Source: Gracilinanus agilis (taxonomy: Eukaryota). Taken from it: 64,000 nucleotides of DNA. The notes under the pieces were generated by a model, which saw nothing but the letters and a program-made list of their open reading frames with translations, ran no database searches and was not told the origin of the DNA. A program made the position numbers and the translations under genes. Shown here piece after piece: positions 1-12,160 of this stretch (positions within the stretch are counted from its first letter, which is position 1; each line of letters starts with the position of its first letter). The stretch spans positions 250,568,020 to 250,632,019 of the forward strand of contig NC_058133.1 in the NCBI RefSeq assembly GCF_016433145.1, written 5' to 3'.

Positions 1-841
1 CTGTGGAGGAGTATGGTTGAATGGTAAAGTTATATGATTCTGTGATTGATCACTTCCCATTCCAATCTATTCTTTCACACCAATCCAAAATAATCTTCCT
101 AAAGCCCAAGTCTGATGGTTGTTACTATCTTGCTCCAAAAATGAAGATTTTCTCCCTTTTGCCTATCCAATAAAGTAAAAAAAAAATTCTCAGCATGACA
201 TTTAAAAAACCTCCACAATCTGCCTCTAAACTACCTTTCCAGGCATTTCATATTATTCCTCTTTTTTTCATGCTACACTCTAGCCCAGCTGGACTACTTA
301 CTCACTGTTTTCCAAACTTGTCATGTTATCTCCCAACTTCAAGAATTTATGGGAACCATCCCCCAGGCTCATATATGTCTTTCAGAATCATTCCTTCAAA
401 ACTCAACTTGGGCCACCTCTACCATGAAGCCTACCCTGGTTCTCTCTCTACCTCCACTCCAACTCCCAGCTATGAGGATTGTCCTTAACCCTTCTTATAT
501 TTTGCTTGGAGAACTTGGCATCAGTCTTTAACATTGTATTATACCTATTCACATATATATTATATCCTGCCCTCCAAGAGAACACAAGCCCCTTGAGGTC
601 AGCAATTGTAAAATGCTTCATCTTTTTTATCCTCAGGGTCTAACACAGAGCTTTGTCTGTAATAGCTACTTATTGTCCATTAAATAAATTACATGGAATC
701 AGCATTCTTAGCTAGACCTAAGTCTTCCCCTCCCTGGTTCTCTAAGGAGCCACCCACTTCTGTGATGAGAACTGATAGACATAGATGCAGAAAGGTACTA
801 GGCTGAAGGAGGAAACAGCATCAAGAATGACTCCTTATGAA

Positions 842-1244
842 TGATGAACTGCTTGATTTTTAAAAGAACTGGAAAGACCTCCATGAACTGATACCAAGTG
901 AAATAAGCAGAACCAGGAGAACATTATACACAGTAACTGAAACATTGTGGGATGATCAAATGTAATAGACTGCTACTAATAGCAATGCAATGATCCAGGA
1001 CAATCTGGAAGGACTTATGAGAAAGAATGCCAAAGAACAGTTGGAGAAGAAATACAGAAGAAAACATGATTTATCACCCGTTTATATGGGTCTATGATTT
1101 GGGGTTTTGGTTTTAAAAGATTATTACAAAAATGGATAATATGGAAATAGGATGAGTGATAATAACCCAGTGGAATTGCTTGTTGGCTCTGGGAGTGAAA
1201 ACAACAAAAATCATGTAACCATGGAAAAAATTAAATTTTTAAAA
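842..1244 (+). mobile_element. 5'-truncated L1 3'-end insertion
   Basis: 16-bp TSD aatgactccttatgaa (826-841, 1245-1260); A-rich tail; the aaccatggaaaa end motif recurs at ~63925 (+) and, with a small variation, at ~56365 (-). Confidence 0.8.
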
Positions 1245-1711
1245 AATGACTCCTTATGAAAGCTTCTCTTGGTGTTAGCATCTACTTTTCTCTGCTGCTC
1301 TCTTCTACCTATTATGTGAAAAGAAAAGATCAGGGATGACCTGACTATCGCTAAAAGGTGGATTAAAGGGCAAGCCTCAAGGGAATTAGAAATATTCTTG
1401 TGACCTGGACAAGAAACTTAGACATTTTAGGGAAAATGGGGTCCTGTTTCCAATTTTGTAATAAGAATTTTAGACAAGAGGAAGAAGTGGTTAGCTGCAA
1501 TCTAGGACTGTGGATGGCAGTCTTCAGATAACATCCTGAGATTCTGGGCGACAAAATATTACCTCTGGGAAACCAAGGCTACAACTTCATTCTGACTATC
1601 AGGGCATGTCTATCTCTTCTCTCCCTTTAGGAGTTGGGATAGAGAAATTTGCCTGGATCTAACCTCGTTGCTACTCATATATAGAACAGTACCTGAGGGA
1701 GAGGGGGTGGG

Positions 1712-1897
1712 CTGCACAGTTAGGTGGCACAGTGGATAGAGCCAGGCCTTAGAATCTGAAGGATCTGGGTTCAAATATGGCCTCAGATACTTCCTAGCTT
1801 TGTGACCCCAGGCAAGTCATTTAGCCCTGTTTGCTTCGGCCTGACCTTTCTGTCTTAGAGTTGTTATTAAAACAGAAAATAAAGATTAAAAAAAAAG
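1712..1897 (+). mobile_element. Older marsupial SINE copy
   Basis: Diverged match to the same SINE head/core, with A tail. Confidence 0.7.
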
Positions 1898-2504
1898 AGA
1901 CAGAGAACAGTATGTAAAGCAGGGGGTAAATGGAGGTTTGGGTGTGGTGGTATATATAGGTAGTAAGAGACAGAGGTTAATGGGGAAAAACGGTGGTTGT
2001 AGGTCTAACTCAGCTTCTGTTGAGTGGCTATGGGCCATATTGGAACAAAGAAATGAGAACTGGTTTCTTTAGCGTTTCAGTACTCTGGAGATCAGAAGTT
2101 CAGCCAACGGGAAGGACCTCTGGGTTCTGCTGCAGGCATGGGGCAGATTGAAGGAACAATCTTTTCATATCTATCCCTCTAGCTCTAATTTGGTGTCCAG
2201 CAGCAGAGGACCACAATTAGGTCAGTAGATCTGGTTTGAGGCTCATTCTGCTCCTAACTAGCTCTACTACCTTAGACAAATCAATATCGGTAGCCATTAA
2301 GCCTCAGTTTCCTCGTCAGGAAAATAAGGATAGTCATCCTTCTACTCCTTCCCCTCATAAAATTGTGAAAAAAGCATTTTGCAAGTCATAAAATACCACA
2401 TAAACTTTGAATGGATATTAGGTTCTATTGCCAAGAAATCTCCCTTACTACCTAGGATCCAGAGAACCCCAGAAATCAACTAAACCTATTTCTTATTTTT
2501 CCAT

Positions 2505-2510
2505 TTTATT
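2505..2510 (-). terminator. Candidate SPEM1 poly(A) signal AATAAA
   Basis: AATAAA on minus strand 8 nt after the stop codon. Confidence 0.55.
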
Positions 2511-2518
2511 ATTCTCTA

Positions 2519-3297
2519 CTACCCCTCCTCCAAGGAGTAGTACACCCAGTCCTGGCTTGGCTTCTCAGGAGAGTCTGGAGGGTATGTCTTGGTCTGGCCC
2601 TCAGTACTTCTCTTTGTTTCCCATACCTCCTCCTCTTCCCAGACACTGTACATCACAGGGCTTGTGGAGGGCATAGGCATAGGTTTATAGCTTAGAGGGG
2701 TGAGCATAACTCGACGGAAGAGCTGGGGGGAATATTCATGCATGCATAGTTCTGCATTCTCTTTGAAGTTCTGGGACTCAGCATCAGATGGTATGGGGTT
2801 GACACCATACACATAAGTTTCTGTTTCCATCTTGGACTTTGCTTCTGCCACCTTGGAAGGTTTTCTTGGGTATTGTTGGAAATTGTCATCAGGCAATGGG
2901 GGACAAGCTAATGTCCCTTCCCGGTATTTCCAAGGCTTTGGAGAGTCCCTCTCATATTGATAATTGCAAGGGGACTGATACTGGAAATTCCTGTCATCTC
3001 TGTCGGAAAAACTGCCATTTGGATGTTGTTTAGGTTCTGGTGAGTAAAGTGAGTGTCGGTGGCAGGATCCTGGGGGGATCTGGTCAGAAGTCACAGGATT
3101 CTTAGTGGATTGGCCACAGGCAGCAGGGTTCTGATGGATAATAGGATTCTGACAGACAGGAGGGTTCTGACAGACAGGAGGGTTCTGACAGACAGAACAC
3201 TGCTGACAGATAGGACATCTTTCTGTCTGCTTCGGTACTGGAGGCCTGCAGATGAATACTTTCCGGGCAATGAATGGGACTACCTTGCGCTTGTTAT
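2519..3297 (-). CDS. SPEM1: SPEM1 exon 3 to stop
   Basis: Acceptor ttctgcag|AT completes GAT; open to TAG at 2519-2521. Confidence 0.88.
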
Positions 3298-3885
3298 CTG
3301 CAGAATGGGAAGGGGAAGGTGAGCAGAAACCTGGAAAATGGAACATCTTCTAGAGGAGTGGGAACCAAGTCAGAGTCAAGGGCTAGGTACTAGGGCACCC
3401 AGGTCCCTGAGGGAAACCATAAATTGTTGGGAAAGACCCAGTCTGGGGAGAGGAATGCCTGGGCCTTTGACCAGGGAAGAGGGATAAAGAAGTAGACTGG
3501 GGCCCACCCTGTCACTTACCTTTCTGAAAACATTTTTTAAGTTTCAGATAGCACCCAAAGCGACTCCAGAGCTGAGGGTCAGGGAGAAGGAAAGAGTAAA
3601 CACCCAGGCATCTTGGTCTGCTCATCACTAAGGACCCTATAATATGGGTCCCTGGCTATCCCTTCCTCCACCCCTTCCCTCCCAGGGTAATGACTATTTC
3701 CTTGACCTATTCCCTGACTCCCCCAGAGACCCCAGGACCCAGACCCTGACCAGAAATGCTACATTGATCCCAACGTTGACAGAGATGATGAGGCCCAGAG
3801 AGATCAAGATATATTCGCCCAGGTCCTGGCAGCATTCAAAGCCAGGACCTGGACATGGATTGGTCACTTGCTTTGAATATCTCAT
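2519..3885 (-). CDS. SPEM1: Spermatid maturation protein 1, join(3751-3885, 3520-3571, 2519-3297), 321 aa
   Basis: N-terminal CCQDLGEYILISLGLIISVNVGINV TM segment followed by LWSRF, plus YVYGVNP and C-terminal DWVYYSL, match recalled SPEM1 motifs (CQDLGNSVLLLLGLIICINISIN, LWSRF, YVYPVNP, NWVYRSL). Exon lengths 135+52+779=966 nt with consistent phases. Synteny next to the NLGN2 3' end. Confidence 0.9.
3111..3217. repeat. 18-bp coding tandem repeat in SPEM1 exon 3
   Basis: ttctgacagacaggaggg x2 perfect (3147-3182), a 13-bp partial copy and degenerate flanking units. Confidence 0.9.
3520..3571 (-). CDS. SPEM1: SPEM1 exon 2 (LWSRFGCYLKLKKCFQK)
   Basis: Acceptor ccctcag|CTC, donor AAAG|gtaagt; 52 nt. 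Confidence 0.88.
3751..3885 (-). CDS. SPEM1: SPEM1 exon 1 (MRYSK...NVAFL)
   Basis: ATG in ATCATGA context; donor CTG|gtcagg, phase 0. The longer ORF-track start is a GTG. Confidence 0.85.
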
Positions 3886-5585
3886 GATGGGGGGGGTCCC
3901 AGGGCCACCTGGGGCCCCCCGGCCCCCCACCCTGCTATGAACTTATTCTGGAAGTCAACGGTTATGGGGAAGAGGTGAGTCACAATGGAATGAAAGCATC
4001 ACAATAACCAGGCTGCCAAGGTATCAATGACTTCCCCACCACTAGACTTCTGTATAGCCCCAGCTAGGCTAAAGATTCCCTAGACATGAACCATTCTTGC
4101 CTTACATTCTCCCTCTTTTTCAAGCCTTCAAGTAAACTAGCTTTCATCTCCAGACCGTGACCTGATTCACACTTTCAAAATCCCCCTTTGAATAACTTCA
4201 CTGAACTCCAAGTCTAACCTTGGACACTTACTAGTTGATAACCCTAGTCATTTAACCATGTTTGCCTCTTTTTCCTCATCTGTAAAATGAGCTAGAGAAG
4301 GAAATGGCAAAAATCCTCCAGTGATTTTTGCCAAGAAAATCCTGTCACAATCAGACGGGACTGAAATATCTGAACAACAACAATGCTCTTATCTGGCTGT
4401 CTTCACTTTGGGGAAATGGGGTCTTGCCTCCTGGACTAAATTGATAACTTCCCTTGTTGACCCATCACAGCATGTTTTGCACTGACTATACATCCTACCT
4501 CCCTTTCCCTCAGCATATAAGGATAGAAAGGAAAATTCTATAATCAGTAATTAGTGAGATATTAAACAACTCCTACTTACTCAGGTACAGGTTAGATGAT
4601 TTCTAAGGTCCCTTCCAATGTAAAGATTCTGTGCTTTCCAAGGACAATGATTAGCTGGATTGGGTACAGAGGAGGACAGTTGAAGGATATTATTTAAAGG
4701 GACCAAGGGACAATTTGGCCTGGAGATGAGACTTGGGGAACAAGCTAGCTAGCTTCATGGCTTTCAAGTAACAGGAATTTTTATTTTTCCTGGCTCTAAA
4801 GGGGGGAGGGAGGAGCAGATGGGTGGAAATTACAGGAAAACTTGGGATTGTTGTGAAGAAAACAATGTTATCAAAAAAATGGTTTGGGCTGTCAGAGGAA
4901 ATGGTCAGTTACCTCTCACTGGAGGCCTGCAAGGAAAAAGCTGGACCACTAAACTTTTTGAGTATCTCATAGAAAAAAATTCCCTTTAGTTTCAAAATTT
5001 CCTTCTGCTGCCTGCCATTCTGTGAAACTGGGTTTTCTGATTGTTTTTGTGGGATTTTTTTTTTTTTTGGAGGTGAAGCTTGGATATCTACCTCCTTCAG
5101 TCCCAGGGTGTTTCTACCCTCCTTTGTTGTGCATTTCTCTCAATAGGAAACTCAGTCCCACTCCCCAAAAGTCTCCCTCAGAGATCCATATGTGCACCAA
5201 TCCCCCATAGCAGGCATGACTAACAGTTAAACTTTTATATTTACAATATCTCTTCATCATCTTTTGCCAGGTTTAAAAATGTGTACAGAGCTGCTAGGAT
5301 AGGGGGTTTGTGGGTAAGAGTGGCAGGAGAGAGATGGAGACTTAGGGGAAAATTGGGGGCTAGGTGGTGGAGTCCATGGCTGAATCATGGGATACCCCAT
5401 GTCTATTCCAGCCCCTCTCTTGTGCCCCAATGCTGGAGGCATATGTACTGGGTTTCAGGGTCCAGGTCCCTAGAATCTGGTATATGACTGTCCAGAGAAA
5501 AATGAGGGATTAGGTTGGGGACCAGGAGGTGGAGATGGTGAAGGTCTATAAGGAGGGAGGCAAGTTCTAGGTCAAAAGTTGGGGA

Positions 5586-5766
5586 GGGGCAGTTGGGTAG
5601 CTCAGTGGAGTGAGAGTCAGGCCTAGAGACAGGAGGTCCTAGGTTCAAACCCAGGCCTCAGCTACTTCCCAGCTGTGTGACCCTGGGCAAGTCACTTGAC
5701 CCCCATTGCCCATCCTTACCACTCTTCCACCTATGAGACAATACACCAAAGTACAAGGGTTTAAAA
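5586..5766 (+). mobile_element. Young tRNA-derived marsupial SINE (SINE1_Mdo-like)
   Basis: A/B-box-like head gggcagttgggtagctcagtgg..ggttcaaa, A tail, TSD aaaagttgggga (5574-5585, 5767-5778). Confidence 0.88.
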
Positions 5767-6344
5767 AAAAGTTGGGGAGACAGGATAAGTCTATACCTGG
5801 GGTGTCAGTAGAAGGGCATAGGTTCCTTCCTGCCCCCCACTGGTTTGGCACCAAATGGCCCCAAGAAATTGGAGCAAATTTTGATTCTTTTCCTTATTCC
5901 CTCCAATACCTTATCCATTTTGGTCATCTTCCTTTTCAATTTTTACCCATTGGTTACCCAAATCCTTCTTTTTTAGGTTTTTTTTCAGAGGATAAACCCT
6001 ATTTTACCTTACCACTTTAAATTCTTACTGCCAATGCCTCCCTCAGACAATCCTGGAATGGGTTTCCCTATTCCTACTCTAGTATCACCTCCCACTTAAG
6101 TCCAATACTGTACTAGGCCTCTGTTCCCTGCTGATAAGGTCTAACACCTCCACCCTCACCCCAAACTTGACTTCTCTCTCCCCACCCAGCCCAACCAAGG
6201 GCTTAAAGGATCTGAAGGAGAGGGTGGGAAAGCAAAAAAAGTCTAGTTATCTTAGGCAAGGGAGAAAGATAGACAAAGAGAGAGATGGAAAAGCAGAAGA
6301 AATAAAAAATAGGAAAAATTAAAACCATAAAAGGAGCTGAGAAG

Positions 6345-6489
6345 NNNNNNNNNNNNNNNNNNNNNNNNNNNNNNNNNNNNNNNNNNNNNNNNNNNNNNNN
6401 NNNNNNNNNNNNNNNNNNNNNNNNNNNNNNNNNNNNNNNNNNNNNNNNNNNNNNNNNNNNNNNNNNNNNNNNNNNNNNNNNNNNNNNNN
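6345..6489. other. Assembly gap (145 N)
   Basis: N run. Confidence 1.
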
Positions 6490-6859
6490 TGAGGCAGAGA
6501 GAGAGATGGGCAGGGGCACAAAGTTAGGACCTTTTAGCTTTGTTTACCCTCCCCATATATCTCACTGGCCCACAGAGCCTCCTCCCTCCCCCTTCCCTGG
6601 GAAAGAGAGTCCTTGGCACTTGGGGGTAGGGTCTGACACACTTCAAACCCTTAGTTTGGCACAGATGAATGCTGGTAAGAGGGGTAGGGGGAGGACTGCC
6701 CCCCTAGACCCTGGTCTGGGACTTTGGTCAAACATGCATTGTCACCTTGGTCCCCACATTCCACCTCAGCCCCCTGTTGACTTTACCATCTCTATGGGTG
6801 GGAAGGGTTGTGTGTGCCTCCTCCCCACCCCCTAGAACTTATACAAAATAAAGGGCAAC

Positions 6860-6865
6860 TTTATT
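6860..6865 (-). terminator. Candidate NLGN2 poly(A) signal AATAAA
   Basis: Minus-strand AATAAA ~960 nt after the stop. The UTR may run further, through the N gap. Confidence 0.35.
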
Positions 6866-7827
6866 ATGTTGTCTGCAGCTAACTCCCCATGGCTTCTCTT
6901 GGCCTTCAATTTCTTCTTATCCAATGTCCAGGAAGGAATTTGGGCCTGGAGCCAGTGTTCTGGAGATGGGGGTTCAGGATTAGGGGACTCCTGGGCAGAC
7001 AGGGGCATCCAGATGGAAAAACACACATCCACATGCAGTAACATGTCCACACAGGAAACGTACTTTCCCCATATGACATGTCCATATGGGAAACCGCATG
7101 TCTGACGCTCACAAGCAGCATGGGTCCACTTAGATCCACTCCTCTCCCTCCCACCCAATGGTAAGTCTGTGCCTATCTGTGGTGGAAGACTCATGCCTAT
7201 ACAGGAGAACATGCTTCATCAGACAGATGCCATTAGGAAAAACATGATTCACTGGGTGTCCCTGTGATCACCTCATCCATCTTTCCTAGGTGTCAGCCCC
7301 TTGGGTTGGCAGGCATTCCAACCTCACATTGACAAGTATAAAAATGCCCACTGCCAAGGTCTCCTTTAAGAGGATGAGAGGTCAGGATTCTGGGGTCCAG
7401 TCCCTGGAAGGAATTTCCTTGAGGGAGCCAAAATGTGTCCAGAGTGGCCCAAAAAAATCCACATTCTGAACATGGGAAAACATGCCCCATTATAGGAAAA
7501 TATACCTCCATGTGAAAAAGCAGGCCTTAAATGTGAAAACACACTTCCACATACCATAAGACCTGTGTCCCAGTAGGAAAAGTCATCCCACAACAAGTCT
7601 AAAGGCTGATGTCCGAATAAGAAAACGTATCTCCATGAGCAGAGTGCGCACATCTTGATGTGGAAACTTGTGTCCACCTTAATAAGGTGCCTTGACATGC
7701 TTGGGTGGGCATCTGAGCACCCCCAATTCTTCTCACCCCAACTCCTAGACTCCATGATCATTGTTGAGTCTCCCTGTTTGGTTTGGGGAGAGCTAAATGG
7801 GGTGCACTCCCTCCCCAATGCCACCCC

Positions 7828-8701
7828 CTATACCCGGGTAGTAGAATGGGGATGGGGTAGCGTGTTGTTGTGGCTGGCAGTGGTTGGGGGAGGCAGAGGG
7901 AAGGGCCCAAAAGGGTGGAGGGTAGGGGGTGGAGGGGGAGGGGGTGGACCCAAACCACTTGGCAGCAGGGTCAGGGCACCAGGGGCAAGGAGAGGCATGT
8001 CGTCCGGTGCCCGACGAAGGGCAAGGGTATAATCGGGTGGACAGGATGGGCGGAGGGTTTCTCCCGGGTCTCCCCCTACACCTCCCCCTCGCTTGAGCTG
8101 CAGTGACACCAATTCCTCCTCAGGCAGCTCCCGGCCAGCTGTGGGGAGCAGGGGGCCCCCACCAAGCCCTCCTGAGCCTGTGCCCCCAGGTGGGCTGAGC
8201 CGCCGGCACCGTAGCTCCTGTCGTCGGTCCCGCTTGTAGTAAAGGGCAGCAAAGGCTAGGATATTGAGGAAGAGGAGGGAGGCACCAACAGCCACAGTGA
8301 CACTCAGCTCTGTAGAGTAGTCCCTTGAATCCCCTGGGAATCGGTCATAGGCCCGAGGTCCTGGGTCTGGTTCAAGCTCAGGTGGAGTGGTGGCTGGTGG
8401 TGGGGGTCGGCGGGTGCCAGTGGCTCCGGGGGGTGGACGAGGGGGCCATCGGGTAGCGTAGGGTGGCAGGCGGGTGGTAGTAGATGTGATGAGTTCAGTG
8501 TGCAGATTGTGAAGGTGGGGCACCAGCTCTAGCCAGAAGGCCACCTTGTTGGCACGGTAGTTGTCCCGGACTCGGGGTTTGAGGCCTATGTGCAGGTACT
8601 GCTTCTCTTTACTGTTGAACTTGCTCCACACGACCTCCTCAAATCGGTTGGGCTTGGTGTGGATGAACTTGGTGTCCTGGGGAACTGGCTGGTTGGGATC
8701 A
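7828..8701 (-). CDS. NLGN2: NLGN2 last coding exon (DPNQPVPQ...STTRV*)
   Basis: ctgcag|T; open to TAG at 7828-7830. Confidence 0.97.
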
Positions 8702-10995
8702 CTGCAGGGATCGGGGAAGGAGAGTGGAGGAGTGAGATTCAAAGGCCCAGAGAGAAAGGCAGTGACAGAGATAGAGATTTATCAAGAGCAAAGAGACATG
8801 TAAAGGGAGAGAAATGAAAGAAGTGAGAGAAAGAGAAAGAGACAGGAGGGAAGAGATAGATGATGACAAAGGAAAAAGAAGCAGAGATACATACCATAGC
8901 TAGAGGGATAGAAAGAGCAACAGAAAAGGACTGACATACAGAGAGATCCCCAAGGCTTAGATATCCAGAGCAAGAGAAAAGAGATTAAAAAAAAAAAAGT
9001 AAAGATTGTTACAGAATAAAATGGGAAAGAAATGAGGATGGAAAAGAAGGAGGGAAAATAAGAAGATAATAAAGAAGAGGAAAAAAGAGAAGAGGGCATG
9101 AGGGGAAGAGAATGGCAGTGAGCAAAAGAACTGGGGGAAGGTGAATAGAACAGAAGAAGATGAAAAGAGAGACAGAAACAGAGAGGGAGTCAGGTGCAAA
9201 AAAGATAGGCAGGGAAAGATTGAAACAAGACACCGAAACACATAGTCAGAGATGTGGGAGAAGAAAGGAGATAGAGAAAATATATAGAGATAGAGTCAAA
9301 CAAGATGGGCACTAAGAAAGGAATAAGAAAAGACAGACATAGGGAGACAGGAAAAAAAAAATTAGGAAGGGGAGGAATGGAGAGGAGAGAAGGGAGAGAA
9401 GAAAAGGACAGTAGGGAGTAGGGAAGGGAGGAAATAAAAGAGAGGGGAAGGAAGTGATACACAGAAAAATAGGGAATAGACTCCATCACAGGAAGGGGGA
9501 ACAGGGAGACATCCTTGACCTCCCTATCCCTTGTTTCCTCCTCCAAAAGTAGACACCCTGCCCTCCCTCTGCCTCCTCCCCCTCACCCAGTCTTGGCGAA
9601 GTTGGTCCAGTAGGTCATGACAACAGCGCTGAGCATAACATCATTCTTGGAGAAGTTGCAGGGAAAGAGATCCGTGGCACCCACCATGGGTACCCCAAAC
9701 ACGTAGGGCAGCTCATCACCATGAGCTGCATCAGCCCACTCAGGCCTGCCCTCTGCCTGGCAATGATGGTAGAAAGTATAGAAGTAGACAGGTGATTGGT
9801 AATCAGCATGAAGCTTTGCAGTAGCCACGGCTGGGGCCACCCACTGGTGATCAGTGAAGAGAGCCAGGAGTGTCTTCCGCCTCATTTCACCATTGTCTCG
9901 ATCAGCCCAGTCTGTGTACATGAACTTGATGGTTTCTCTCAGGACATCCTTGCCTTCAGGATAGCCATAAAGGTTGTCCACAAAGTTGGAAACGGTGAAG
10001 TCAAAGGCGCTAGCTGATACCCCATCCTCACTCTCTGCTGAATCCTCCACGAACTTCAAGCCCTCCCCCTGGTTGACACCAATGAGCATGTCATAGTTGA
10101 GAAATTCACCCTGTTGCATCAGGATCTCTGGGTCATCTGGGACCACATCTCCATCTACTACTGGACCAAAGGCAATGTGGTAGCTAGAAGAAGAAAGCAA
10201 AGTCAGGTCTTTAGGGAGAGACCCTGATCCCTCCTAGATTGGTGAAGCCACAGGCCCACCATCAACTTTTCCTAGATCAAATATGGCTACAGAGCCAAGT
10301 GAGTCTTTCCAGGCTTCTTACACTTCCACCCCCATATATGCTCTGATCCAGTGACACTAATCTTCTTGTTACTCAAAGAGTACATTGCATCTACTAACTC
10401 CTCAGAATTTCCCTGGCTATTTCCCATGCCTAGAATTCCCTCCCTAATAATTTCTCCCATCTGACTTCCCTGGCTTCCTTCAAGTCCCAGCTAAAATCCT
10501 ATCTCTACCTTCTACTTGAAGTCCTTTCCAGTCCCCCTTAAATCTAGAGACTTTTCTTGATTGCTTATCTCCAATTTATCTTGGATATATCTTCTTTGTA
10601 CTATCTCCTCTGTTTGCCTGTAAACTCCTTCAGAATGAGATTGTCTTTTTACCTGTGAATTCCCAAACTGGGCTCTTAACCTAGTACCTGGAACATTGTA
10701 GTCACTTAATAAATGTTCATTGCCTCACTGATGGCCCTACCCCCTGATGCTGGGAACCAGAAGCACTGGTCTCCCATACCGAGCTGGCTGCACATCCTGA
10801 TCAATAAGCTCTCGAGAGGGTTTTCTTCGGAGACATTCCACGACCTCAGCATTTTCTTCCTGATTACAGCCCACCTTGGCTGCCAACAGTTGTGTGTACT
10901 TGAGTGGCTGGTAGTTTACAGACCAGCTGGAGATGGCTGTACCACTCTGGGCAATGGCTTTCTGGAACAGTCCTGGAGGTAGGAAGCAGGGAATT

Positions 10996-11047
<52 letters not shown>

Positions 11048-12128
11048 GAATGACTGCAGTGGGTGAGGGAGCTCTGCAGCATTCACCAGCAGCAGGGATA
11101 GGACTAGGGAGACATACTCAGGATTTTTTAGGACTGCTAGAAGCAGCTTAGCTGAGGGGGGAAGGAGCCAAGGAAAAGGGGGATGTCCCTCCAGATAGAT
11201 TCAACTGGGACTAGGGAAGACAACACACTGGAAACCTTTAGGAGAGGGGAATGAGAGATGCTGGGGATCAGAGATGAAGACACCTGGGTCCCCCAAACAA
11301 CATGCCAGTACCTTCGGAGTGATGAGAGAGAATAAGCAGGTTAACACATGAGGCCCCAGCTCCAGAGCCAAAGATGGTAATTCGCTCTGGGTCACCTCCA
11401 AAGTGCCCCACGTTTTCGCTGAGCCAGCGCAGTGCTTGGATCTGGTCGAGGAGCCCATAGTTACCCTTGGCAGCCTGGTCCCCTGTGCTGAGGAACCCTG
11501 GGGCAGGGTCGGAGGGTGGGGAGAGAGGGAGATCTCAGGGAAGGTGAATGGAACCCCCTCAGGCCCTTCCAGAGGCACACCCCCAGTGCACTTAGAGCTG
11601 GCCTACCCCCATTTGTCTAGCCACACCCTTTCGGGGACAGGACACGCCCCTGCCGGTCCCAGCGTCCCTCCCTCCCTGCATTCTTCCCTCCCTGCGGTTC
11701 CCCTTGTAGCCCCAGCAAGTCCTGCGCTCTCACCGAGCACACCGAGCCGATAGTTGAGCGTGACCACAATCACGTTGCCATAAGCGGCCAGGACGGAGCC
11801 GTCAAACATGTTCCCCGTTCCCTCCATGTAGGAGCCCCCGTGGAGGAACAGCATCACCGGCTTCTTCCCCGAGTCCCGGATGTCTGGTAAGGGCGGAGCC
11901 ACAGCGAGGGGTGGGGTCAAGGCGGAGCCACGGGGATGAGGTAGGTTCGAGGGTGGAGCCACATTAAAGGGAGGGGTAGAGGGCAAAGACACAGTGAGCA
12001 GCAGGTAGGGGCAAGAACCACAAAGAGAGGTTGGATCACAGAGAAAGGAGGGGTCAGGGAAGGAAACAAGGAAACACCCAAAGAGGGTGTGGGGAGGAGT
12101 TGAGAGACTCAGAGAGAGAGAGAGAAAA

Positions 12129-12160
<32 letters not shown>

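Noticed and set aside
1-2400. Search for SPEM2 downstream of SPEM1
   Set aside because: No SPEM2-like TM motif found; the region is L1/L2/SINE-derived and the gene probably lies left of the window.
3111-3217. Regularly spaced short repeats as a CRISPR-like array
   Set aside because: Eukaryotic coding tandem repeat with no spacers; no cas genes or prokaryotic contamination seen.
3886-3930. N-terminal extension MGGRGAPGGPGTPPI of SPEM1 in the ORF track
   Set aside because: Starts at GTG; the ATG at 3885 has good context and gives the expected length.
5586-5660. tRNA-like A/B boxes in SINE heads
   Set aside because: They belong to tRNA-derived SINEs with tails and TSDs, not tRNA genes.
7655-8803. 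Several plus-strand ORFs (125, 78, 80 and 75 aa)
   Set aside because: Antisense to the NLGN2 last exon and UTR; explained by GC-rich codon bias.
11284-11311. Possible neuroligin site-B insert through an alternative donor (ccag|gtg)
   Set aside because: The extension is 28 nt and breaks the frame; site B is an NLGN1 feature.
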